A DNA stretch of 64,000 nt from Azolla caroliniana (Eukaryota; Plantae; Polypodiophyta), in the NCBI GenBank assembly GCA_043228905.1, contig JBHGNT010000004.1, positions 1,302,001 through 1,366,000 of the forward strand. The letters are read 5' to 3'. Every line of letters begins with the position of its first letter. The first letter of the stretch is position 1. Shown piece after piece: positions 1 through 14,800 of the stretch. The notes under the pieces are model-generated. The model had not been told where the DNA came from and searched no databases. It worked only from the letters and a program-made list of their open reading frames with translations. Both the position numbers and the translations under genes were made by a program.

Positions 1-1840
1 ATCTTTATTTATTGTTTGTTACATTTCATTTTTCAAACAATCTATGTTGTCATATTGTTTTGGTCTCATGGACAACATTTGCCTATTCAAAGACATCAAC
101 ACACTTTTGCTTCTTCTTGTTCTTCTCAAACTACATAGCGTTCATTCACACCAAAAGATTATTGTCGAGCTTTTCACAGGGATTGTTTAAGTGGCCAAGG
201 GGAAATTACCCCAATAGAAGAATGCACAGATGAATCACTCATCCATGGTGAGTCATTTGGGTAGGGGGGATCCTAGTGCAATCAAGCTCCTTGACTCACA
301 ATTGTTTCTTGGTCAAATGATTTTGCAAATTCACGCCTATTATGCTTCAACCATAAGTGAGCACATCAGTAAGCAAAGTTTATGTAGAGATACCGCATTA
401 GTGGTTTTTAAGTAGGTACCATGCCACGAGCTTGAGGCATGTTAGCATTTGAGCATCCCATTGTGATCAAGTTCCTTGGCTCACAATGAACTTTGGTGAG
501 ATCATTCCGCCAATTTATAGTTGTGGGCAAAGGCGCAAATAGAAATTATGTTGTACGAAAATGTACGGAGGTCATGCTTCACACAATATACCAAACTACA
601 AAACCATCTTCTTCTCCAAGCAAGTAACCAACAATCATCCATTTTACTTGATTCCCATTCTCTTAAATGTTGATTGTGCAATTTTTACTTTTGAGATATC
701 AACTCCATTTTGTTATTTGGAAATAGATTCAAAGAATTTGCAATTTGGTACCCAAGTAAAGAAGTTATAAATTAATAAAAGCAAGCTATACTTCTAATTT
801 GTCGAATCAATCAAAGCAAATTGCAGTTGGGAAGTTATTAGATTGATATTAACAAAGTCATTATGAAGTGGCAGACCTTATGTGTAACAATCACAATTAG
901 ATTGTGTGCATAATTCAACTAGCCACAAGTAGTATAGGGTATTGTTATTGTTATTTATGATATATTAGATAATATATCTCTCATCATCCTTGAAGCACTC
1001 CTCTCTCTCTCTCTCTCTCAAAAAACACAATTATATTAATAAATGTTTGTGAAAAACACTACTTACAATGGGTGTCACAATGGAGTTTTGTCACCCACTA
1101 AGTAGATGGGTAGTGGAACATGGTGAATTGCCAGTAGGCAAGACAAATACTCCATCGAGAAAATAATTTCTACTTGCTCCAATAAAGAAATTTGCCACAT
1201 TAAAATTTCCCTTCAACTTTCGTAGATATGCTTTGACTCCATGCCTACCATCAAATACAAAAGTATTGTGCATATCCCAATTATGATGCAATCCCCAATA
1301 CCTCTAAAATAGGAAAACTACCTCCATCTCTAATTTTAGGTTGACCTTTGTGAATTGTGCAAACATTCACTGTCTTGGTGTCAAATAACATCGTGAAAAA
1401 ACTTGCTAAATTTGAGAAATGTAACTCCAAATCTGACAAGCAATTAGACATTGTAGGAAATGATGAGTACTCCATTTGAATAGTGCAAAAGAAGGAATTG
1501 CCCATTGCTAATCCCAAAGGTAAACCCCCAATCAAAACTCTCCAAAGGAAGACCTTCACTACAAATAGCAATTTAGAATGCAAACTATGTTTTTAGATTT
1601 GCCACCATGCATGATTAGAGCTATGTATTTTCCATTTTTACTTAGCCTTAGTTGATAGCCATCGAAGAGACTCAACGAGGCAATGATACAAGAGATTAGT
1701 AGTCACTTGTAAATAGGCATCATACCCTGTAAAAATCGATCAAACAACAATTGCTCTTCTTTTTGTAAAGGTAAATGACCTTGCATCAATACAATATTTT
1801 GTAGTTGTTGCTAGATAAACCCATAATTGGGTTGGATGCG

Positions 1841-1843
<3 letters not shown>

Positions 1844-1899
<56 letters not shown>

Positions 1900-1900
1900 A
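1844..1900. repeat. Compound (CT)n(CA)n microsatellite
   Basis: Read directly from the sequence. Confidence 0.95.
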
Positions 1901-4231
1901 TAGAGCACACAAGGCATATCGTGTTCTCATTAACATACACATCTTAACGACATCTTACGTATTCAACCTTAGATCATATCATGCATTATGTTCCATTAGC
2001 ATGATAAAAGACTATCTGGACTAAGCACATGCTAATCTATAACACAAAACCCCAAGTTTTCACCCCCAAACCCTAGCATGAAGATCATGGGATCCTAATA
2101 TTCTTGAGGGTGGATTTAGCACCCTATTGGATGCACATGGGGATGATGTATATTTTGCAGATATTTGAGAGGTTGTAACTTGTAATGTGCGTAGTTGAGA
2201 ACTTGTTTGCAAAAATGAGAACATAATCTTGCATAAAAGTTATGTATGCATTTTTTTAAATCCATGAGCCATTAACAATTACTTATTAATCACACATCTC
2301 TTGATTGATTAGGTGGGGTTTAATTAATACATTTGCTTTATGGTGTACCTTGTGTACCCAATTATTTTTTCTCTAATAAAACAAGGCAATCATCGTCTTT
2401 TGGAACTTTGAAGGAACTGAAATTATCAAGCCTATTCTACTTTGTTCAATTATCTCTATGCCTATTATTAATTTATGGATTTTCTTAGATTTGTATGTCA
2501 CAAGAGACTTGTTGGTTTATATCACATTACATAATTATTTTGCATGTTCACAATGGTATCATATGGAGTACACATCTTTGTGGTTCTTATTTTCTTAATT
2601 TTTATTTTATATTCATACCATTATTACGTTAGCACATCTACAAAAGTTTGTGTATTGGAAATGAGTAATTCTAACGTAATTTGCTCATCAATCGTGCTCC
2701 ATTGTATATTCTTGATCAATTTAATCATTGGATATATATCTTTCATTTGGATAATTCCTTGTACACTCTTGTCTTGATAATTTAAGCACATACTTTATTC
2801 TGATTTATTAACTTTGATATGTGGTGTTGACTTCTAAGTTAGGCTGATTTAAAATCAATATATACTTAGTTTGGAGCTTGGCTTCCAACGAGGTGACAAG
2901 ACCATGGATTTCTTTATATGAATTGTGTTTCATGTTGGTAGTTGCATAATCTTCATCCATCTTAAATGCGTCAACCTTAGTTTATTGTGAATATTCACAT
3001 AGGAAACTTGTAACAAGTTTAATTGGTAATGATAGTTAGTCTTTACTTGCAAAAGTGACATAGCAAGGATTTGCATATATTATGGAAAACAAATATGAAT
3101 ATTATATATACACATAGTAAAACCTCCTATAACTATTTAGGGCAAGATATATTTATGGCATATGGATAGAAAGGCAAATCCAATGGTTTCTTTAGGAAAA
3201 GCACGATACTTTGATAGTGTCCTCAGAGGTGAAATATGACCCATACAACCATAACAAAGCATGAAAAGTGGCTCCAATGTGTGCACAAGGGGTTATTGGG
3301 GGACATAACCCAAAAAGTAAAAAAAAGTTGTGGTTGGGGGTTTGTAGTGAGGGTGTTCTACTATGCAAAGTGGCCACTTTCAAAGTTCAAGACTTTTACA
3401 TAATGTCTCAACCACCTTGATAAACCACCATTACCATTTGTGTGTGTCTTGCTCTACCTTTTTTGGGTTACACTTCTTTATGTTTGAGTTGTGACAGTGC
3501 GATGTGATTGTGACCTTGAGATGCCATGCTTGTTGGAGAATGGGATTACAACTTTCTTTGTCTTAAAGCTTGAAAGATGACATGAACATTGGGAAGAGGT
3601 TTTCCAACTTTCTCATGGAGTGCATAACCTTTGTTTATTATTACTATTATTATTGATCATCATTAGAAAGGTTTTGAGAGAGAGAGAGAGAGATTCTTTA
3701 TTCCATAATATGAAGTGCGCATGAGTTTTCTGTGTAATAGAGACATGGATAGTAATTATGGTCAATTCTCAAGAAACTATGGTGAATGTTATCAATGTCA
3801 AGCTTCTAAGATACCTCAAGGGACAATGTACATTTTGAGAAAAAGTGGGATCGATGCTACAAGGTACAACTTTGTAGCTTCCTCTTGGTCCCATTGTAAG
3901 AAATAACACATAAAACATATTTTGTTTGCCGTTCCATAATACTACATATGAGCTTCAAATACACACATGCCTCGTCTTAAGATGATATGACAATGAGCAT
4001 ATTGATCACATTTTAAATGTCTAACAAACAACTTTGACAATTCGTTATTTGGCATTCGATTTTGCGCCTTCTTGCAAAACTAATGCCAACGAGGACATAA
4101 ATCTCATCATATAGAATACAACAATAATTGAACTTACATTGTATGATTCATAGTTGTGAATTACTATTGCAATTTAGCTCTAATAAATGCACACCTAATG
4201 GTTGAAACATAATATAACATAAAAAAAATTA

Positions 4232-4441
4232 AAACTAGATTGATGTGTTCATCGTTTTTCCAATAAAAGTGACTTACTATACAAGAGGGTTGGAGATAAA
4301 TAGTCATCACAAAGATCTAAAATAATATAGCATAAAATTTCTTTAAACTAGATTGATGTGTTCATGATTTTTCCAATAAAAGTGACTTGCTATACAAGAG
4401 GGTTGGAGATAAATAGTCATCACAAAGACTGAAAAGAATAT
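4232..4441. repeat. Tandem duplication, about 113-bp period, 2 copies
   Basis: AAACTAGATTGATGTGTTCAT...GGTTGGAGATAAATAGTCATCACAAAGA starts at both 4232 and 4345, with few substitutions. Confidence 0.9.
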
Positions 4442-7246
4442 GATTGCCGAGTAGTAAAGTAATCAAAGGTTCCATATATCGCAAGCTCTCTTGAGCATAT
4501 TGACTTCAAGAGGTACACATAATTGAACCACAACCACAAATGAAAGTATACATTAGTAATAAATCATGAAAATACTCTAATTCAATGTATAGTCACGTGA
4601 TGTTATTGCAATTTTTTGTTGCACATAAATGGCGCATGATTGAAAGTGGTGCAAACATGAATGAAATTGCATTAACATGGGAAACACCAAGGAGGAGATA
4701 GCCATGAGTTAAGAAGGGAACTCTAGGCCGTCAAGGACAATTAGAATAGCCAGTTACTCATTTGAATGTGTGCACCGAGTAGCTACATACCCAACTATAT
4801 TCGGGTAGAATATATATATGTACATACTTACATATATATGTACACATAAATATTACAATAATTTCAAAGTGGGTAATTGCCTACCTAGAACTAATTTCCT
4901 TTATCTGAATATAAGAAGTCTTAATATGCTAGCTCCCTTTCTAATTACCAAAGGGTGGCTAAACACACCTCCTAAGTCTATGCCATTGGGTTGGTGATTT
5001 GACATGAATTATTCTTCTTAATTCCGAAGTATAATAAGTCTTTTCTTCTACCATGTCTCGTATCCAGTGATTTGGCGTAAAGAAATTCGATAAACCTGTA
5101 CTCACAAAAGGGGGAAAATGCAATCTCTAAATGTTACAAGTAAATAGTGCAACCATATGGAAGAATATGTTACCTCGTTTTAATTGGCAATCAAAATGCT
5201 TATTTAATGCTTCTACTCATGTCAAGGGGAGTATATGGTTGATGTTTTCCCATCATTTTAGAGCAAATGTATTTGTGATCATGATAAGGACAAGCATTGT
5301 GTTGTTGCATTAAACAACTTCATGCATGCCATTCATCAAGTGACTTCAACATAAATTACATTTGCACCTCATTTGGCTAAGAAGAATGCTCTACATGGCT
5401 CCACATGAGCTAAAGGGTTATAAAAAAGAGAACTCCAATGGAGACTCTCAAATCTCATGGAGTGACCAAAATGGACGAACTTCTTATCCTTGATCAAGTT
5501 GGTCATATGGAGCCATCCTTTGATATGACCATTAAAGTTGCCAAACACAAATTCTCAATTAATGATTTCCCAAACACCAAAAGTAGGATATCTACATTAT
5601 ACTAATACGATACACACATATTCATCCATGGGACAATTTGTTGAACTAATTGAGGCAATAAAGTATCTTTCATTGCAAACTTGCGCACCCTTAAACCAAG
5701 TTACAATTTTTTCTCTCTAACCTCATGTTTCTAGTTTCTTGAGGGCATTAAAGATACCATTGTCATAATCTCTTTCTAAGTTTTAAGATGTCCAAAATCA
5801 TTTTCTTATGAAGTTTCTTGAACTTAAGATATAAGTGCCATAGATGCTCTTACTTCTTATACCAAATAACTTCCCGTTTACTTCATGGTTGTGAACTAAA
5901 TTCTTAAGATAGAGAACCGAAGTTGGATCCTTGTCATGGGTTCAACCTTGTCCCGTAAATTGTATTTTGATAGTTCATGGTTGTTATAAAATACATCTAT
6001 TTACCAATTGATCATACATTTTCTTCATTAGCATTCTTAATTACATTGATTGATCATCTTATGTTTTAAGTTTATATCGATAAAACCTTGACCTATTTGT
6101 AAACATCTTTGAGTTCATGAGTTATTTTAGTTGCCTTGAAGGTATGAAGTCTACAAGGTGTGAAAAGAAAATTACTTTGTATCGAATATGAACGAAATGC
6201 AAAAGTGTGATGGAAGTCTCCTTTCCCGACCTTCTTATGGACACTCTTTAGAGCCTTTCTCAATACTATCTTAACATATTTGTAGAAGTAAATTTGGTCA
6301 ATCAGAATGTGGCATCTATTTTTATTTTGAGGTGGACGAGGTTTTAAGTTTTCACCTACCCTTGTTGTACCATTCTTCATCTTCAGTTGATTCAAAGTTA
6401 AAATTTCCTTCTATTACACAATCATACTAAACTCATTCCAACTCATTTAGAGTGAAGTAGCGAGCAATAACATCTTATTCATATGCATTATTCATGCTCA
6501 CTTATTGGCACTTACTATTATCATGGGCCATGGCTATGTTTTCTATACAAAACATCTATGCTTTCTCATCTAAACATATTTCCTACATCTTGTTCCCTCT
6601 ATAATTCAATTCGACATCATAATATATAGACATGTTGATCTAGTGGTAAAGTTCATGTTTTGAAAACTAAAGGTTGTGGGTTTACTTTCAAAATCACAAT
6701 CTTTCTAATTTGTGATCATGCATAATTCCCCACAAAAATGCATTTACAAAATCACTCTTCCTTTCATGGATATGGTTGGTAGTAAAATTAGAGTTATGAT
6801 AACAAAATATTTAGTATAGTGAAGTTATTTGGCTATGTGAAGGTATTGTTCATGTTATTTGAAAAATATGCAAATAATGACCCATCGTTATAAAGCATGT
6901 TCCGTTGTAAGACATAACCACACAACCAAGTTGATAGAGTATTTTATAACATGGGTGTTCACAAGATAGTGTAGGCCCTAGGATCTAAACCCTTTGGTTC
7001 GTCAAAGGTCCATGACATTCTTCTCTAAACAACTTTAGTGGAGATTACTTTTCCATGACCCAATTGATGAGTAAAATCTTGGATTTTGCATTTTCCATTG
7101 CTAAAAAGACAAGTGTTCTTACATGCCTTCACCCATTTTCAACATGATATATCCTCATTGAATTCGTTATGATATTTTTCATATTTATCCTTGATAATCT
7201 CAAAATTCACCTAAACATAAAATAATGCATTATGTCTAACATAGGA

Positions 7247-7729
7247 TTTTTTTTTTTTCCAAAAAAAAAACTCCTTCCATTAGTTATAGAATTTTACAAA
7301 TGAGACAATTATATACAAATCCTTGAAGGGGTGCGATAGTTCCATCTTATGTGGATGCCCACTAACTCAAGAAAGGGAGAGGACGACCATTGTTGGATGA
7401 AGGCTATTCGTTGTCTTTCAACTCCATCAGAGCCGCCCTTAAGGCCATCATATTGGCTCTTCAGAGTGGCTACAATTTCACTCCATATCTCTTGCAGTAA
7501 CCTTGTTGGATATGCGGTTTGGTTGGAGAAGACTCGCCTACATCGTTGTTTCCATAGAATCCAAAGAGTTATTGGGCTGACCAATTCCAACACCTCTTGA
7601 GATTTGTCATTAAGAGGAGTGGAGTGGACATTGCTGCTGGAGGAGGAAAAGACTTTTATCACCAAAGTCATCCCCTCCTCCTGATGCTCGTATCTGCCAA
7701 TTGCGGTCTGCCATGATAGCCAACATATG
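7247..7729 (-). mobile_element. 5'-truncated L1-type LINE (ORF2 C-terminus, 3' UTR, poly(A))
   Basis: ORF 7309-7671(-) has the plant LINE ORF2 C-terminal motif LWILWKQRCRRVFS. A poly-T run at ~7247-7258 is the poly(A) tail. The flanking near-direct repeat TAACATAG(G/A)ATTTT at 7237 and 7730 is a TSD. Confidence 0.85.
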
Positions 7730-9026
7730 TAACATAGAATTTTGAGAGCTATTATGGTGAATGTGTCATATTATTTATAGAATGATGTTTTTAATTAAAT
7801 ATTTACCATAAGATGGTAAACCTTTTTTGGGCAACTAGGTCTCCGAGATGTCCACATTATTTTGCACAATCTAAGTATCAAAACTTCGAAGATCTATAAT
7901 AGAATACGACTCTATACTTTAGTAGTGCAATTTTTTACTATGTCCTTCTAAAATATTGGGTTTAATATTGTGCAACTTAGCAAAACAACCATAACTTACC
8001 ATAGGAAATATATGTTTTTGAATGTTTTGAAAATATACACGTTGTAACTAATTTTTGAGCATATTAATGCATAGGTAAAGCTAAACTTATAATAATTCTC
8101 TAAAACTTTACTACCTTCATCCACCCATGTATGATGTGTAGCACATTTGGGTTGGTATTTGAGTAAACCTTACATTCTTGATAAATGTCATACTGATGTT
8201 TGGCGTTCAACCAAAGTTAACCCTACCAAGCCTATTCTACATGCCAACCCAATAACTATCCTACAAGGCACAAGTATAGGCTTATCCACAAACATACATG
8301 ATTGCTCAAGATGAGTATCCTCAATCTTGAATAGGTTAATCATAAGGGGACATTGCCAGGCATTTGGATAAATGCATGACGTGCCCTCTATATATAAAGT
8401 GCTTAAAATAAGATATTGAGCCTCCACAAATTGAACGAGGGATGTGCTTGCTCATACATTCATGTACTGAGAATTAGCGAAATAGGATGTTGACCCTTAT
8501 GACGCAGCTTGTTGTTGGCTCCTAGAGTTGGGTCTAGGATTGGGCGGTTATTTATGGTGTGAATGTGGGTTTGGACATCATCAAGTGTTGTGTGTAGTTT
8601 TGAGATCATGAAATGGTGTGAACAATAATGATTCTCCCAATTGCTACACATCCAACGATAGGTAATAAAGTGTGTAAACTTTTCTTTGCATTATTTGTAT
8701 TGCCAGAAAAACTACATAATGGCATAAAAAAAATGCAATTTAGTGCATGTAGAGTTAAATGAACAAGACAAAATGCTTGAAGGTAGTCGGATGACTGAAT
8801 GAGACAATCGAATCCCAATGTGAAGTAGAGAGAATTTCCATGCTTTTCATTTACTTGATGGGCAAGGACATTTCCATGAAGTGACTTGATATTAGTAATT
8901 GTCGATATAATAAACATGTGTTGATGGTTTGCAACAAAATCCATTGTCAAGGTTTGCATTATTTTAGTGACTCGTCACTCTACTAGTCAAGAATCTCCGC
9001 TGAATATATAATATTCTTTTATACAT

Positions 9027-9337
9027 AATGATCGTTATAAATACAATGTTTAACCATTTGGCAGGTACATTCTAGTTAAGAATCTTAATTGAATATGCAA
9101 TATCCTTAGTCACGTAATGATCGCTATAAATACAAAGTTTAATAACCATTTTGGTAGGTACAATTTAGTTAATACAAGAATGTGAGAAGTGTGAGCTTGC
9201 CCCAAAATTACTATCATGATCCATGGCCACATAATATTAGTGACAACAACCATAGAATGTATTTGCGTGGTATAATGAGCACTAATAAATAGTGTCTAAC
9301 GCAACACCTTGGTAGGTACAATTTAGTTCATTCAAGA
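9027..9337. repeat. Three degenerate direct repeats (~55-65 bp)
   Basis: TAATGATCG.TATAAATACAA...GGTAGGTACAATTTAGTT motifs near 9027, 9115 and 9273. Confidence 0.6.
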
Positions 9338-11823
9338 CCACACTAAGTGTGAGGCTCATTAGCACATCTAGATAGGTTTATGAATGAAAAGTTGAAGGGT
9401 GCAAAGAATAGCGATCGTAAAGCACACGATTGTGATTGAGGTTATTTGACAATAGAAAGTAAAGTGTTATTGTATGCATTATGTAAAATAAAAAAGAAAG
9501 GATAGCAAGAGGAGCAAATAACATGACTTCTTGCTTGTGACAACCACACGTAGGCATATTCTCTTTTCAAGCAACAATATATGACAAATATATCCTTTGA
9601 CAGAGAAAGTGATAGAAATATGTACATTTCTTCGGTATCTCATCAAAGAGAGTCAGATAGTGTCGTAGAAAATAGAATGGGAAGTGTGGACAAATTGCAA
9701 ACATTTTTCGGCATCCATTAAAAACATTAATGATTACTATGCTCTTTTGTTCAAGAGTTCTCGGTGATGATTTAGACTATGTAATAATAGGTTCATCCAT
9801 TGTATGAAGGGTTTGCCCTTATAAGGATAAAATGATGTTGTTAGGAATACATTGTTCTTATTAGAATGGACTTTTATGTCATGTTTTTCTTGTTATTCCT
9901 TAGAATATGGTTCCTACTTTACACAAAAATAAATATTGCAAAGGATTTGGTTAATAGCAAAAAGATCATATGTTGTTTCTCCAAGTTGTATATGTTGATC
10001 CCATTGTGGATTTGGACAAACTTTGTTGTATTCTATTTGCTAACTAATGCGAAGTAGTGGTTTTTGGAAAAAATAAAAAATAAAAAAATAGCAAAAAGAT
10101 CATAACTCTGCCATTTTAGATCTAGAGTTTAAAAGAGTGCCCTAGATGAAACTCAATTTGTTCGGACATACGGTAAAAATATGGATTTGACTCTTTAGTA
10201 AGATCATGAGTACCCTCACTTTTAGAGGTGAAATTACCACTCAAAAAAACAAATTCAAAAAGTTTGATTACATTTAAGCTACATTTCCACGTTAGTTTTC
10301 TTTGTAACAAAGAACACAATGATTTATTTGATACAATCTTGTTCGGCACTAAGGTTAGTTATAAATATGTGGGCCAATGAAATATAATGCCTTTTAAACA
10401 TTCAATTGATCCTTTCAGAAGTCTTAGTATATCAACCTCTATGTCTAGTCAAATGATCATTTGTCTATTCTCCTCTTGTTTGTGTTTCCGAAGTATGTTT
10501 TAAGATAATGGAAGCCAAACTACATAATCTACCTAATTTGAGTGAAGAAAAGCTTCAAATGCTCTTTATACCTAAGGTTGGAATTAGAAAAATAAATTTA
10601 TTACAAGAGCTAAACAAATCATAACATATTTCCATCATTCCATAGAACATTATCGTGCAAATGTCAAGCTTTATCATGGAATCAACACATCTTGTTCCAA
10701 AGTACAAAAAAATAGATGATTATAAAACTCATAATAATTTGCGACAACTCTTTAACATGTTGGATATAGTGGAACATGCTTTCCTTGGTTGAGATAATTA
10801 GATTCAAGTTCATTATCTAGCTGTTTAGCAATTCAAAAGCTCTAACATTATGTATAGCATCCGATGTCAATAATTCCAAATCACATTCTACATAATATAG
10901 CTTGTACCCATATCTTCGTTATCCAACCACCTTGATATTGTAAAGTTAAGTTGTAAAACTTTTACCACAATAACATGTTTCTTTTGTTAAAAAGTTGAAA
11001 CATTACAATTCTAGTTTGATATTTTGCAACTAACTTGTGGCGAAGACATTGTTAGGTTACTTACCATGTAAGGCAAATGATTGTAAATGCAAAGAGTTTA
11101 TATCCATTTTTGTTCTAGGATATGTTTCTATGAATGAATGTTTTATTAAAGTCCTAGTTATTCTATGAGAGTGTGCATATTTTATGATTTTTTCCATATA
11201 ATAATGGGGTTAATATTGACAAGATACTCAAGTGTTCATAGGCCAATTATCTTTGTTTTACCTTATGCCTTTTCCTTACATGACATCTATATAAGTACGA
11301 AGAACCCATGGAAAAACTATGGAAAGGGGCCACTACATATACATAATGAGCATAAATAGGTGAGAACATGTCTAGGCTTATATGTTGTCCCTATTTAAAA
11401 GACTTACTTTTTTATTTCACAATAATTGTACCTTTTCAAAACTTTGGGGAATATATGTGTTAAGAAATATACCTCACCGCTATGACAATGACCACTAATA
11501 AGTTGGCATAACTAGTAATCACCATGTGGTCCCATCATATTGTTTGTAATATAGACACTTCAAAGGATAACAATAAGATGAAAAGAGCACAAGAAAGATC
11601 TAAGTTGACATGTTGTAATGACGAAGAAAAGACGGTGATGAAGCCTAAAGAAATTCAACACATCGACTATTTCTAAGAAATGTAGATTACCTTTATAATC
11701 ACATTTGATTAGGTTTTTAAAATTTCTATACATAAGCCTAGATGTGCATATCTTAGGGTTAAAGTTGAGATCATGTTCAGGACTAGGATAGAGATAACAT
11801 TTAACCTCCAAAGACGATAATAG

Positions 11824-11867
<44 letters not shown>

Positions 11868-14800
11868 GAAAACACACAATCGTATTAATAAATGTGTGTA
11901 GAAAACCCTATAATAGTACCAAAACTAGGTGGTGTCACCCCCCCCCCCCTCCCCCAAACATGGACCTAATTGGGTCCAACTTTAAAATGCCTAGATTACA
12001 CTTGAAGTTCATGTGGATGGATGATCACTCCAAATTGTTTATGTTCGCAGCAATGAGAACCCAAATTTGTGGGTGTGGGGAAACAATTGTTAGTTAGTGG
12101 GTTGCAATGAGTGTCTTCGATGACATTATTCCAGCTTGACCATAGATTATATGTAGCAATTGATTAGATCAATTGGAAGATGATAAATTACCAACATTTG
12201 TAGCTTTAGGGAGAGCTAGTTACTCTTAGACTTGTGTAATATAGGGATTAAAGAGTGTTAGATAAACAACGATGAGGTCAACTCAATTGCACAAGTCAAG
12301 GAATAATCATTGGAAATAGCCATTTGAGCACCTTAGGCAATAGATAAAAGGAGAATGATATCTTTCACCCAGATGCCTCTTTGTTAGGAGACTTCTTCTA
12401 TTTTCAACATTAACCCTCCTATAGTTTTATAATATTACATGCTTACTTTACATATCCCTTGCCAATTGGCCAACACTATGGTATGCTACTTGGACAATGT
12501 CTTGGATGTGGAATGACCCAAAAAATATCCAAAACAAGAATTTGACGCCATGATACATGCACATTTCTTGCTCAAATTGGGGAGCTAAATGTCTCGAATA
12601 ATGGGCAATGAATAAACTAATGTTTTGCCCACTGGGCATAATACTTTGAAGCAAATGACTGGGCATAGTACTCTACATGTGAGTACAAAGAAAAGCCATT
12701 GTTTTGAACTTCACTTAGTTGATGGAATACTTGTGCTGCAAGTTTCAAGTGGGCCCATTTGTCATGAGAGGCTAATGAATGTCTATGAAATACTTGCTTT
12801 GGTTTTGCATCAAATTGTAACTAGGCAAATTTGAATGTTTGTGAAGACTCAAAATAAGGATAAACCATGCATAGTATTATAATATTGAGCCACTTGAAAC
12901 AATAGAAAGATTAAAGTTAATTGGGCTTTAGATTCCCTCCAATTCTAAATGAAATGAATGTAATTCTTATTGAAATATAGGGCAGTATAACTCAATGTCC
13001 ACTTGGAAAGAGTTTGACAATGTCCAATGGTGTTTTTCTTATGGTGTTGTCAAGTTAAGATAAATTGCCCATATTTGTTCTAACTTCTTGAGCACAGATA
13101 ACTACCCCTTGAGATCATGGAAATGGAAAAAGTTTATGACTACATGCTTATAGTTAAACTCAATCCCCTCCCCTCACATCCACTTTCTAGAATTGTATGG
13201 GAAACAAGTAAAAAAATTTCAAAAGACACTCAAAGAGTTTTTTTGTGTTCCAATGGATTGGTTATGAAAAATTGGTTCGTAAGATGGGATGTGTTATACT
13301 TGTTTCATGATGTAGAATATACTCCTTCGTAAATAGGGCATTTTTGGTATATGAACATATTAGAACTTTCAAAGATTTGGAAGCATAGGCTTCACACATT
13401 ACATCTCATATGTTTTACCAAACAAAAAGACCATCTTCTTCTACATGTGAGCAGACCACATTGACTGATATTTGGTAGAGTCCATCCCTTTATCTACCAT
13501 CCATGTCATTGCTATAGCTTAGCTCATTTTCTCTTTAATGAGTGGGCACAAGTGAGGAAACTCGTGGATACATAATTTGCATTTGCTACACTTGAACAAC
13601 TTCATGAGTCTAAGCGTTGTACTTTGACTTCAATTGTGATTAATTTTTCTTTCCATACATGTTGACTTTGACCCAATGCATAGAAACATATCTCTCACAA
13701 TTAGAAAGCTACACTCTTGATTGTAATGTTCATAGCCTGATTGACCATATTCAACCTCCAAGCATGATAGGATCTAGCTATCAATTTGTCTATAATGTTT
13801 GACTTTGTAGCTTACACAACACAAAAAGTTGACATTGACTCATCTCCCAGCCATCCAATATATATTCATCTCCCCCCCCCCCCCCATTCCATAACGTTTT
13901 TCTTGGAACCCAATGCACGGTTGTCATGTTGGGCTACCGTAGTTCAAAATTCTTGCATTTCCACACAATGGCATCATTACCCCAAGAATGAAGATATGCA
14001 ATGAAACCTTGTGGAGGATGAATATCACTTTTCACATGCACAACACATAAGGTGATAAGGACCATTTAAGATTCATATACAAATTCCCACTAAGAACGAT
14101 GAGCACATATGTGCATGCATTATTTTCACATAGACAATTTTTACATTCACATCCAAGGTGATATGTTTATTTGGTTCCATAAGGTGAAATTTGGCCTTCT
14201 CGTGGGAACAAAAAAAGAGAAAAGAAGCTTTTATAATGATCATTCTAGATATTGCCATAATGTTTTTCTATTGGAGGCTTTCACATACCAAAGATTATTA
14301 GATAGTCATTGGAAATTTTCATACATTGATGGATATTATAATACTATTGGTTTATCATGTTGAAATCCAACGCTATCCCATAAGAATATGAAAATGTTTA
14401 AGATCAAAACCTTTAATTTATTGTAATAACCATCTAGGTTGCCAACTTTCTCGTTTATGAAAAAATAAGACCAACAAAATTAGAGCTGGAAGTTGAAGGA
14501 ACATTTACATAACACTTGCCAAGCTCAACAAAGGAATCTTGCTAAACAAACATTATACCAAGGGAGGATGCAATGAAGATAAAAAACTATTTTGGCGAGA
14601 GAAAAACCAAATTGAGGACAAGGTTTGGTATATGATATCTTCTTTAGTAATTTGGTTATTATGGAAGGCAAGATGTGACTACGTATTTCAAAAAGTCAAA
14701 CAGAATGCGGTTGAGTAGTCAAGGAGATATGGTTGATACTTTTGCGTACTCTAAGAAGTCAATATGAAGCAATATTGGTGAGCCTAATGTTGTGTTTTGT

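Noticed and set aside
1-1750. Short ORFs with protein-like fragments (1091-1583, -)
   Set aside because: Probably decayed TE coding sequence, but no motif could be assigned with confidence.
6630-6700. tRNA/SINE-like A- and B-box traces (also near 38010 and 50650)
   Set aside because: The matches are too short and degenerate, with no cloverleaf, tail or TSD.
12100-14700. Possible decayed DNA-transposase (Cys/His fragments)
   Set aside because: Too degraded; there is no continuous motif.
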